DNA from: Gammaproteobacteria bacterium
GTDB taxonomy: Bacteria; Pseudomonadota; Gammaproteobacteria; Acidiferrobacterales; Sulfurifustaceae
Length of the DNA stretch: 24,000 bases
NCBI GenBank assembly: GCA_016200465.1
Contig: JACQER010000036.1
Coordinates: forward strand, 790-24,789
Reading direction: 5' to 3'
This document shows positions 16,653-24,000 of the stretch, one piece after another. A program made the translations under genes and the position numbers. The notes beneath the pieces are model-generated. The model was given only the letters and a program-made list of their open reading frames with translations. It searched no databases and was not told where the DNA came from. Positions within the stretch are counted from its first letter, which is position 1; every line of letters begins with the position of its first letter.

Positions 16653-16725
16653 CGGACGGTGTCTGCCCGAAGTGCTATTTATGCTAGAATTTTATTACAT
16701 ATATTGATGAAACCGGACCGGTGCC

Positions 16726-17595
16726 ATGAGAGCCGTCGAAAAAACCATTCTCGCAGGCGCGGTGCTGCTGGCCAGCACCGGCACGGCTTTGTCCGCGCAA
16801 TCGGGAAAGCTCTCCTGGTTCGATGATGCCCCGTTCGCGGGCGTGGGCACCCTGGGGGTTCCCCGGGTCCAGTTGCGGAATTCCTCTGAATACAACTCCT
16901 TCGGTCTTGACCTGTACCGCTCCCAGCGTGTCGCCGCGGATGATGGTTCTGCCGTGGATGCCGGCGTGGCCGGAATGGGCGCCTCCTCGGTCAGTTTTTA
17001 CGGGGAGATCGAGACCCCCGGCAACTCTTCTCCTGCTTCTTTTGAGCAGACGCCGGGCAACCGCGTCAATGCCTTCGGTGTCAGATGGCGGCACCATGTG
17101 GATACCGCGAACAGTTTCGCGATTTCCGCCGAGTACGGCGAGGGTACCGCGGTCAACCCGTCGCCGCTGGATACGCTCGACACCCGTGCGGCGATCTCCT
17201 GGACCAGCCGTTTGCCGAGCGCCGTGAAACCGAGCGTTACCGGCAGCGTGTTTCTCGGCGATGAAGTGGCGCGCGAGGAAATCTACCGTCATCTCGGACG
17301 CCGTTACTACGGGTTCACCGTCGGCGGCAGCGTGACGCTGTTCCAGTCGCATACGCCTTATGTGTCGTTCAAGATGCAGAAGAGCCTGTATGACGCGGCC
17401 GACGAGTCGGCGTTCGTGTCGCCGCGCAGCAGCGACCGCTCGCTGTTATCGGCGGGATGGAAGTGGCAGGTGCAGCGTGGTTTCAGTCTCCAGGCCGAGG
17501 CGAGTTACGGTTTGGGAAGCTCCACGACCAGTCTCGACCCCAACAGCCTCGAACGCAGCCGAATCCTTTTCGGTACCCGCTTCGGTTTCAAATAA
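16726..17595 (+). CDS. Hypothetical secreted protein, probable outer-membrane beta-barrel
   Basis: 289 aa with a signal peptide MRAVEKTILAGAVLLASTGTALSA/QS. It shows repeated amphipathic beta-strand patterns and aromatic girdle residues, and ends ILFGTRFGFK. I do not recognise a family. Confidence 0.6.
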   Translation: MRAVEKTILAGAVLLASTGTALSAQSGKLSWFDDAPFAGVGTLGVPRVQLRNSSEYNSFGLDLYRSQRVAADDGSAVDAGVAGMGASSVSFYGEIETPGNSSPASFEQTPGNRVNAFGVRWRHHVDTANSFAISAEYGEGTAVNPSPLDTLDTRAAISWTSRLPSAVKPSVTGSVFLGDEVAREEIYRHLGRRYYGFTVGGSVTLFQSHTPYVSFKMQKSLYDAADESAFVSPRSSDRSLLSAGWKWQVQRGFSLQAEASYGLGSSTTSLDPNSLERSRILFGTRFGFK

Positions 17596-17645
17596 CCGTC
17601 GTGCCGAGTCGCATCTCGCGACGCTGAATTTCCCTTGATGTCTTT

Positions 17646-18144
17646 TCAGTCCGCGTTCGCGGGCTGTCGATGATGGGCCGGCCGTTGCAATCCGGCCTCT
17701 ACCTGATCGCGTTTTTCCTTTCCGGTGAGCAGGCCGATCAATTCCAGCGCGAAGTCCATCGCCGTACCGGGCCCGCGCGAGGTGACGACCCTTCCGTCGA
17801 TGACGAGGGCGCGGTTTTCCAGATGGATGTGCGGCCACCGGGCGGGGTCGAGCGCGCCGGGGAACGACGTGGCATGTTTACCGCCGAGCACGCCTGCGAC
17901 GGCCAGAACCTTGGGCGCGGCGCAGATGGCGGCGGTGTAGCGCCCTTCTCATGTCGTACTCGCGGTTCAACGCCTGATCCAGCGTGACATCCGGCAGCAG
18001 CACCGTGCCACGGCTGCCTTTCACCGGACCGGCATCGAGGCCCGCGGTAACGACCTCGATGCCGGCGCGACGCAACAGGTCGATGACGGTGACCGCCTCC
18101 AGTTCTTCGACGCCCTGCGCCAGCGGAACCAGTACGGTCGCCAT
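17646..18144 (-). pseudogene. DJ-1/PfpI (YajL/ThiJ-like) gene disrupted by an out-of-frame internal deletion
   Basis: The N-terminal frame (18144..17950) reads MATVLVPLAQGVEELEAVTVIDLLRRAGIEV...REYDM. The C-terminal part continues in another frame from 17948 as EGRYTAAICAAPKVLAVAGVLGGKHATSFPG...SRGPGTAMDFAL. The expected roughly 25-30 aa (hVLPGG...L...) between the YD(h) motif and the AAICAAP nucleophile elbow are absent, and the frame shifts at about 17949/17950. Confidence 0.7.
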
Positions 18145-18154
18145 CCGGTCCCGG

Positions 18155-19498
18155 TTATTTATCCTGGGCCTTGAAGAAGCTGATGCCCTTGAGCAGGTTC
18201 AGCGCTTCCTGCAGCTGATAGTCCTCGACCGCGGGCTTGCCGGTTTCGTCCTTCTTCTTCTCGTCTTTCTTGTCTTCCTTCTTCGGCTCTTCCTTCGGCT
18301 TGGCCATTTCATCGCCGTTTTCCAGGTGGCGCGCGAGATCCGCTTCGCGCAGGCGGTCGGCGGCTTCGCTCTTGGTGATCCGGGCTTCCTCGGTCACGAT
18401 ATCGGGCACGATGCCGGATGCCTGGATCGAGCGGCCGCTCGGCGTGTAGTAACGCGCCGTGGTGATCTTGAGTGCGGCGCCGTTGCTGACCGGGATGATG
18501 GTCTGTACCGAACCCTTGCCAAAGCTCTTCGTGCCCATGATGACGGCGCGCTTGTGATCCTGGAGCGCGCCGGCGACGATTTCCGACGCCGAAGCCGAGC
18601 CGCCGTTGATCAATACCACCATCGGCGCGCCGTTCAGCAGGTCGCCCGGCGTCGCCGATAGCTTCATCTTGGAATCCGCCACGCGGCCCTCGGTATACAC
18701 GATGAGCCCCTTGTCGAGGAACGCGTCGCTGACGCCGACCGCCGAATTGAGCACACCACCGGGGTTGTTGCGCAGATCCAGAACCAGCCCGCGCAGCGCG
18801 CCCTTGTTCTCGTTTTCCAGTTTCTTGATCGCCTCGGCCAGACCCTTGTCGGTGCCGGCCTGGAACTGGGTGATGCGCACATAGCCATAACCCGATTCGA
18901 GCATGCGGTTCTTCACGCTCTGGATTTTGATGACCGCGCGCGTGAGCGTGATCTTGAGCGGCTTGGTCGCGCCTTCGCGCACGATGGTGAGCGTGATGTC
19001 GCTGCCGGGTTTGCCGCGCATGAGCCGTACGGCCTCGGTGAGCGTGAGACCTTTCACCGCCTTGTCGTCGAGCCGGATGATGAGATCGCCGGGTTTCACA
19101 CCGGCGCGCGCCGCGGGCGTGTCCTCGATCGGCGAGACGACCTTGACGAAGCCGTTTTCCATGGTGACTTCGATGCCGAGGCCGCCGAACTGGCCTTCGG
19201 TTTCCACGCGCATGTCCTTGAAGCTTTCGGCATCCAGGTAGGCAGAGTGCGGATCGAGCCCGGCGAGCATGCCCTGCACGGCATCTTCGAGAAGTTTCTT
19301 GTCCTCCACCGGTTCGACGTAGTCGGACTTGATGCGGCTGAATACCTCGGTGAAGCTGCGCAGCTCGTTGAGCGGCAGCGGCGCGAGCGCCTCCTTGGGT
19401 TCGTCGCGCTCGGCCAAGACACCCATGTCCAGGATGATCGCGGCACCGACGAACATCCCGAGAAACAGGACCAGAATATAACGTGTTGCAAGTTTCAT
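18155..19498 (-). CDS. ctpA: Carboxy-terminal processing protease (S41 family, Ctp/Prc-like)
   Basis: 447 aa with an N-terminal TM or signal anchor, a PDZ region (GVKPGDLIIRLDD), and S41 catalytic motifs (DLRNNPGG, NGGSASASEI, G.KSFGKGSVQ). Confidence 0.9.
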   Translation of the reverse strand: MKLATRYILVLFLGMFVGAAIILDMGVLAERDEPKEALAPLPLNELRSFTEVFSRIKSDYVEPVEDKKLLEDAVQGMLAGLDPHSAYLDAESFKDMRVETEGQFGGLGIEVTMENGFVKVVSPIEDTPAARAGVKPGDLIIRLDDKAVKGLTLTEAVRLMRGKPGSDITLTIVREGATKPLKITLTRAVIKIQSVKNRMLESGYGYVRITQFQAGTDKGLAEAIKKLENENKGALRGLVLDLRNNPGGVLNSAVGVSDAFLDKGLIVYTEGRVADSKMKLSATPGDLLNGAPMVVLINGGSASASEIVAGALQDHKRAVIMGTKSFGKGSVQTIIPVSNGAALKITTARYYTPSGRSIQASGIVPDIVTEEARITKSEAADRLREADLARHLENGDEMAKPKEEPKKEDKKDEKKKDETGKPAVEDYQLQEALNLLKGISFFKAQDK

Positions 19499-19601
19499 TA
19501 ATGATGCTCCGTTGAATGAACCGTTCCGCCACGTCGGCGGACGGCGAATAAAGTAGCCTTACTCGCTTCGCTCGTTCGTCTTGAGATATGAGCAGCGGTC
19601 G

Positions 19602-20777
19602 TTATCGTGCCTTACACCAGATCAGCGGGTCACGCGGATCTCCGTTCTGACGAATCTCGAAATACAGCCCCGCTTGTGCCGCATCGCCGGTGTTGCCCAG
19701 ACTGGCGACGGTCTCGCCGGTCTCGGCCCAGTCGCCGACCGCTTTGTGCAGGCTTTGATTGTGGCCGTACAGCGTCATATAGCCATCTCCGTGGTCCAGA
19801 ATCAAGAGTAGCCCAAAACCCCGTAACCAGTCGGCGAACACCACGCGTCCGCGGAACACGGCGTTCACGTCCTGTCCCTCGCGTCCGGCGATGAAAAGAC
19901 CGCGCCATTTGAGATTCCCCAGGTTTTTTTGCGCGCCGTAACGCGCCAGTATCCGGCCGCGCGTCGGCAGCGGCAAACGCCCCCGCAGCCGTGCGAAATG
20001 TTTTTCACCGGTGGGCGGCGGGGGTGCGGTTTCCGGCAACACCGTTTTCAGCTCCTCGATCAGCTGTTCCAGGCGCTTTTCGTCGGTTTGCAGCCGTCCG
20101 AGTTCCCGGGAACGGTCATGTACCTCGCGGTTGAGGCTCGCGAGCAGCTCGCCGCGACGGGTGCGGGCCGTCTCGAGCGCCGCTTTCTGCTCCCGCTGGG
20201 TGGCCCGCAAATTTACCAGCTCGCGGTTCTGCTCCCGGATCTGTTGGTCGAGCGTATCCAGTCTCGACAGACTGGCCTGGAGATTGGCGATACGCTCGAC
20301 GCGCGCGCGGTTGAAGTACTGATAATAAGTCAGCACCCGGGCCACGCTCGCGGGATTTTCCTGGTTGAGCAGCATCTTTGAATAATCCTGCTGGCCCATG
20401 ACATAGGCCGTGCGCATCTGGCGTCCGAGCTGCTGTCTTTGTGCCTCGATCTGATCGCGGCCACGCGCCGCCTGCGCCTTCAGGTTCTGCAGTTTTCTCT
20501 CATTGGCATGCAGACGCGTCTCGGTCAGCCTCAGGCCTTGCAACTGGTCGCCGATGCGGCGTTCGAGATCGCGGACTTCATCGCGCACGGTGTCGCGCTG
20601 GCCGCGGGTCTCGTTGAGCCTTTCCTGCAATGCGCCGATGCGCGTGCGCAGTTTTTGCAGCCGTGCCTCTTCGCGGGTGGGGTCGGCGGCATCGGCCGGA
20701 TGAAAGCCTGTGAAAAAAAATGCGGATAACAGTACCGCCACCACTTGGTGCGTCCGATGCGCTTTGCGGCGATTCAT
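19602..20777 (-). CDS. envC: Murein hydrolase activator EnvC-like (coiled coil plus M23/LytM domain)
   Basis: 391 aa with a signal peptide, a long Q/R/E/L-rich coiled coil, and a C-terminal LytM domain (GLFIAGREGQDV, ILDHGDGYMTLYGHN, GNTGDAAQAGLYFEIR). The synteny gpmI-envC-ctp matches that in enterics and pseudomonads. Confidence 0.85.
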   Translation of the reverse strand: MNRRKAHRTHQVVAVLLSAFFFTGFHPADAADPTREEARLQKLRTRIGALQERLNETRGQRDTVRDEVRDLERRIGDQLQGLRLTETRLHANERKLQNLKAQAARGRDQIEAQRQQLGRQMRTAYVMGQQDYSKMLLNQENPASVARVLTYYQYFNRARVERIANLQASLSRLDTLDQQIREQNRELVNLRATQREQKAALETARTRRGELLASLNREVHDRSRELGRLQTDEKRLEQLIEELKTVLPETAPPPPTGEKHFARLRGRLPLPTRGRILARYGAQKNLGNLKWRGLFIAGREGQDVNAVFRGRVVFADWLRGFGLLLILDHGDGYMTLYGHNQSLHKAVGDWAETGETVASLGNTGDAAQAGLYFEIRQNGDPRDPLIWCKAR

Positions 20778-20821
20778 CCGTGCGATATCGGGAAGGCTAA
20801 AAGGCGGCAGGATATGGTCCG

Positions 20822-22402
20822 TCAGGAGCGACCCTCGGCGGCCGCCGGCTGCACGGACGGCAGCGTCACCAGCGGACGGCCGGTCATTTCCGTCGGCTGC
20901 GGCAGACCCAGGAGCGAGAGCATGGTCGGCGCGATGTCCTCCAGCGCTCCGCTCGGCGCGAGCGTGGCGGGACGACCCACGTACAGGAGCGGGACGGGAT
21001 TGGTGGTGTGCGCCGTGTGCGGTTGTCCGGTTTCAAAGTCGAACATCTGCTCGGCGTTGCCGTGATCGGCGGTGATGAGCATCTCCCCGCCGGTCTCCCT
21101 GATCGCCTTGTAAATCTGTCCCAGGGATTGGTCGACCGCCTCGATGGCTTTGACCGTGGCGTCAAAATCGCCGGTATGGCCCACCATGTCCGCGTTGGCG
21201 AAATTGCAGACGATGACGTCGTAATGCCCGTGGCGGATCGCCTTGACCACTTCGTCGGTGAGACGCGGGGCGCTCATTTCGGGCTTGAGGTTGTAGGTAG
21301 GCACGTCCGTCGGCGACGGGATCAGGATGCGATCCTCGAACTCGAACGGGGTCTCGGTGCCGCCGTTGAAGAAGAAGGTCACGTGCGCGTATTTTTCCGT
21401 TTCGGCGATGCGAAGTTGATGCAGGCCCAGGCTCGCCAGGTAGGCGCCCATGACGTTGCGCAGCCGTTCCGGCGGGAACGCGACCGGTACGTGAAACTCG
21501 GAATTGTATTCCGTGAGGCTGACGAAGGCGCCGAGCTTGGGAATCGCCGCGCGCTCGAAGGCGTCGAAGTTCCGGTCGATGAAGGGGCGCGTGATCTGGC
21601 GCGCGCGGTCGGAACGGAAGTTCATGAAGATGACCACGTCGCCGTCGGCGATGTGCGCCGGTTCCGCGCCGGGCGGCGCGATGACGGTGGCCTTGACGAA
21701 CTCATCGGTCTCGCCGCGGGCATAGGCCATCTCGAGCGCCTGCGAAGCCGAGGCGGCGCTGAATTCGGCTTTGCCCTGCGTCATCAGGTCGTACGCCGCC
21801 TGGATGCGTGGCCAGCGGTGATCGCGGTCCATCGCGTAGTGGCGGCCGATGAGCGAGGCGAAACGGCCCTGTTTCACGGCGGCGAATTTTTCTTCCATGG
21901 TCCGGATCGAAGCCGCGGCGCTCTGCGGCGGCGTATCGCGTCCGTCGAGGAACGCGTGCAGGTAGAGTTTGGTCGCCCCGCGTTTGGCCGCGAGTTCGAC
22001 GATGGCGTGAATGTGCTCCTCGTGACTGTGGACCCCGCCGGGCGAGAGCAGGCCCATGACGTGCACCGCCTTGCCGGTTTTCAGCGCCAAGTCGATGGCG
22101 TCGGTGAGTGTCTTGTTGGTGAAGAAGGTACCGGTGCTGATCGCGCGGTTGATGCGCGTGTATTCCTGGTACACGACCCGGCCGGCGCCGAGATTGAGGT
22201 GGCCGACTTCCGAGTTGCCCATCTGGCTGGACGGCAGGCCGACGGCCGCCTCCGAGGCGTGAATCAGGGTGTGCGGGTACTGCTTCCAGAGTGCGTCCCA
22301 CACCGGCTTGCGGGCGGCGGCGATGGCGTTGTACTGGGTGTCTTCACGGTAGCCCCATCCGTCCAAAACGATCAGAACCAAGGGCTTAGGGGTCGATGAC
22401 AT
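20822..22402 (-). CDS. gpmI: 2,3-bisphosphoglycerate-independent phosphoglycerate mutase
   Basis: 526 aa with [48 protein letters not shown] and ITADHGNAE. Confidence 0.95.
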   Translation of the reverse strand: MSSTPKPLVLIVLDGWGYREDTQYNAIAAARKPVWDALWKQYPHTLIHASEAAVGLPSSQMGNSEVGHLNLGAGRVVYQEYTRINRAISTGTFFTNKTLTDAIDLALKTGKAVHVMGLLSPGGVHSHEEHIHAIVELAAKRGATKLYLHAFLDGRDTPPQSAAASIRTMEEKFAAVKQGRFASLIGRHYAMDRDHRWPRIQAAYDLMTQGKAEFSAASASQALEMAYARGETDEFVKATVIAPPGAEPAHIADGDVVIFMNFRSDRARQITRPFIDRNFDAFERAAIPKLGAFVSLTEYNSEFHVPVAFPPERLRNVMGAYLASLGLHQLRIAETEKYAHVTFFFNGGTETPFEFEDRILIPSPTDVPTYNLKPEMSAPRLTDEVVKAIRHGHYDVIVCNFANADMVGHTGDFDATVKAIEAVDQSLGQIYKAIRETGGEMLITADHGNAEQMFDFETGQPHTAHTTNPVPLLYVGRPATLAPSGALEDIAPTMLSLLGLPQPTEMTGRPLVTLPSVQPAAAEGRS

Positions 22403-22441
22403 GCTCGATGACTCAAATAGCGGTTATTCCAGTCTCTTTTA

Positions 22442-22463
22442 AATATCGCCGATATTGTATAAT
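22442..22463 (+). promoter_or_regulatory. Candidate operator (7-1-7 inverted repeat) abutting a TATAAT -10 box upstream of the ArsR-family gene
   Basis: AATATCG-C-CGATATT (22442-22456) is a perfect inverted repeat. TATAAT follows at 22458-22463, 62 nt upstream of the ATG at 22526. The region lies in the divergent gpmI / regulator intergenic space. Confidence 0.35.
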
Positions 22464-22525
22464 GTTTTTGTTCGCGACACAGCAGAGTTAGGGTCCGCAG
22501 AGGGAGCGTTGGCTGAGAGCGATCC

Positions 22526-22876
22526 ATGAGGCCTGAACACATGAGCGCCGCCGCCGAAAAAGTAGAAGACGTACTGATCACCAACGAAGATGACATCCAT
22601 CTCGCTTCCCGTTCCCTGAAAGCCATGGCGCATCCGCTGCGCCTGAAAATCCTCTGCATTCTCGGGGGCAATACCGAAGTCAGCGTTCAGGACATCGTCG
22701 AGCAGGTCGGCACGTCGCAAAGCAATATCTCGCAGCATCTTTCGATTCTGCGCGACAAGGGCATTCTCGCGGCGCGCAAGGACGCCAACAAGGTTTATTA
22801 CCGTATCAGCGACCCGAAAATCCTGCAGCTGATCGGATCGTTGCGTTCGGCCTTCTGCAGCGCAGTGCGCCGCTGA
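22526..22876 (+). CDS. ArsR/SmtB-family transcriptional regulator with two conserved-position cysteines (SqrR/BigR/YgaV-like)
   Basis: 116 aa with LKAMAHPLRLKILCIL, the HTH VQDIVEQVGTSQSNISQHLSILRDKGIL, and YYRISD. Cys44 and Cys111 are the only cysteines. An alternative start is Met6. Confidence 0.85.
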   Translation: MRPEHMSAAAEKVEDVLITNEDDIHLASRSLKAMAHPLRLKILCILGGNTEVSVQDIVEQVGTSQSNISQHLSILRDKGILAARKDANKVYYRISDPKILQLIGSLRSAFCSAVRR

Positions 22877-23008
22877 GTGCGGCCAGGCTCAAGACGGAAC
22901 GTAATCCACCGACAATCATGGTTGAACCGCGTTAAGCCAATAGCCGGCCCATTTCCCGCCGTCGATCATTCAATTAACTGTTAACCCATCTCATTGAGTC
23001 GTTAAGCC

Positions 23009-23419
23009 ATGCAGTTCATCATCCATAACTGGTATCTGTTCGTCGCCTTGGGCGTGATTCTGTTTTTGTTGGCAGCCGGTCCGCTGACCCAATATATTCA
23101 CGGCATCAAGAACGCCAATGCCGCCCAGACGGTACAATTGCTGAACCGCGAAGACGGCGTGGTGGTGGACGTCTGCGAGCCGAAAGAGTTCCAGTCCGGT
23201 CACGTTCCGAACGCGATTAATCTGCCGCTATCGACGCTGTCAAACCGGTTGCGTGAACTCGACAAATACAAGAACAAGCCGGTGATCGTCGCCTGCCGCG
23301 CCGGCAATCGTTCCATGAAGGGCGCCGTGATGCTGCGCAAAAGCGGATTTGCCGCGGTCTACAATCTTTCCGGCGGAATGCTCGCCTGGGAAAAGGACAA
23401 CCTGCCCGTGGAGAAGTAG
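23009..23419 (+). CDS. Membrane-anchored single-domain rhodanese (YibN-like sulfurtransferase)
   Basis: 136 aa with an N-terminal TM helix (WYLFVALGVILFLLAAG) and a rhodanese domain carrying an intact active-site loop VACRAGNRS. Its position upstream of grxC-secB matches E. coli yibN. Confidence 0.85.
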   Translation: MQFIIHNWYLFVALGVILFLLAAGPLTQYIHGIKNANAAQTVQLLNREDGVVVDVCEPKEFQSGHVPNAINLPLSTLSNRLRELDKYKNKPVIVACRAGNRSMKGAVMLRKSGFAAVYNLSGGMLAWEKDNLPVEK

Positions 23420-23421
23420 CC

Positions 23422-23676
23422 ATGGCGAGAGTGCTGATGTACAGCACCCGCGTTTGTCCCTATTGCCGCATGGCAGAGCGGTTGCTGGAGAAAAAGGGCG
23501 CGCAGGCGGAAAAGGTGATGGTGGATGAAAATCCCGCGCGCCGCGAGGAAATGATCCGGCTCACCGGGCGGACCAGCGTGCCGCAGATTTTCATCGGCGC
23601 GACGCATGTCGGAGGATACACGGAGCTGGCGAGGCTCGAACAGGCGGGGCAGTTGGACATGCTGCTGAAATCTTGA
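23422..23676 (+). CDS. grxC: Glutaredoxin 3
   Basis: 84 aa with CPYC active site, TSVPQIFIG and GGYTEL motifs. It starts 2 nt after the rhodanese stop. Confidence 0.9.
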   Translation: MARVLMYSTRVCPYCRMAERLLEKKGAQAEKVMVDENPARREEMIRLTGRTSVPQIFIGATHVGGYTELARLEQAGQLDMLLKS

Positions 23677-23722
23677 GTCGCCTGCATTTACAAACAAATT
23701 CAGATTAGCGAGGGTAGAGACG

Positions 23723-24000
23723 GTGGAACAGGATCAACAAGAGAATATCGTTTTCAATATCGAGAAGATTTACATAAAAGATATTTCCTATGAGGCGCCG
23801 AGTGTGCCCATGACGTTCGTCCAAGCGCAAGACGGCGCGGCGGAAATCGGCGTTCAGTTGGGGCTCGAGCACGGCGCGCTCAATGCGGAACATGGCATAT
23901 ATGAAGTGGCGTTGACCGTGACGGCCACCGCCAACCGCGAAAGCAAGACCATCTTCCTGGTCGAAGTCAAACAGGCGGGCATTTTCCGTATCAACGGCAT
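23723..24000 (+). CDS. secB: Protein-export chaperone SecB, 5' part (runs off the right edge)
   Basis: GTG start preceded by GAGGG. The translation VEQDQQENIVFNIEKIYIKDISYEAPSVP...LVEVKQAGIFRINGI matches the conserved SecB N-terminal half. There is no stop in the window, so it is absent from the track. Confidence 0.85.
   Translation, partial: MEQDQQENIVFNIEKIYIKDISYEAPSVPMTFVQAQDGAAEIGVQLGLEHGALNAEHGIYEVALTVTATANRESKTIFLVEVKQAGIFRING

Noticed and set aside
17608-17622. Short hairpin GTCGC-atctc-GCGAC between the convergent OMP and DJ-1 genes as a bidirectional terminator
   Set aside because: The stem is only 5 bp and there is no real U-tract on either strand, so it is too weak to call.
18309-19532. 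407-aa minus-strand ORF in an alternative frame of ctpA
   Set aside because: The translation is extremely Arg/Gly-rich. The ctpA frame carries the PDZ and S41 motifs.
19520-19545. Imperfect hairpin CCGTTCCGCC-acgtc-GGCGGACGG between envC and ctpA
   Set aside because: The stem is bulged, has no U-tract and sits inside an operon. I saw no second copy in the window that would suggest a REP-type repeat family.
21008-22399. 463-aa plus-strand ORF antisense to gpmI
   Set aside because: It is a shadow ORF. The minus strand encodes a full-length GpmI with all catalytic motifs.

Overview
GC-rich chromosomal core region with gammaproteobacterial-type synteny. I saw no tRNA or rRNA genes, CRISPR arrays, transposases, integrases or recognisable defence genes. 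Positions 1-13067 form one co-directional minus-strand array: typA (5' part), hslO, thioredoxin, phoU-pstBACS, a four-gene ars operon (arsR, unknown ligase, arsC, acr3), then psiE-phoR-phoB. The plus strand then carries DUF971-ubiE-ubiJ-ubiB and an orphan outer-membrane beta-barrel gene. A minus-strand gpmI-envC-ctpA operon follows and ends in a disrupted DJ-1/YajL gene. Divergent from it is an ArsR-family regulator followed by rhodanese, grxC and secB (5' part). The most unusual element is a 457-aa gene (8637-10010) inside the ars operon. Its motif order looks like a circularly permuted ATP-grasp ligase of the eukaryotic glutathione-synthetase type, and it carries several vicinal-cysteine motifs. 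I know of no named ars gene of this kind. Other points of note are the ars operon wedged into the Pho regulon cluster, a textbook Pho box upstream of pstS, a palindrome-rich and possibly leaderless arsR promoter, a pstS-pstC intercistronic hairpin, and a two-cysteine SqrR/BigR/YgaV-like regulator next to the rhodanese-glutaredoxin genes. All functional calls rest on my reading of translated motifs and synteny; no database searches were run.
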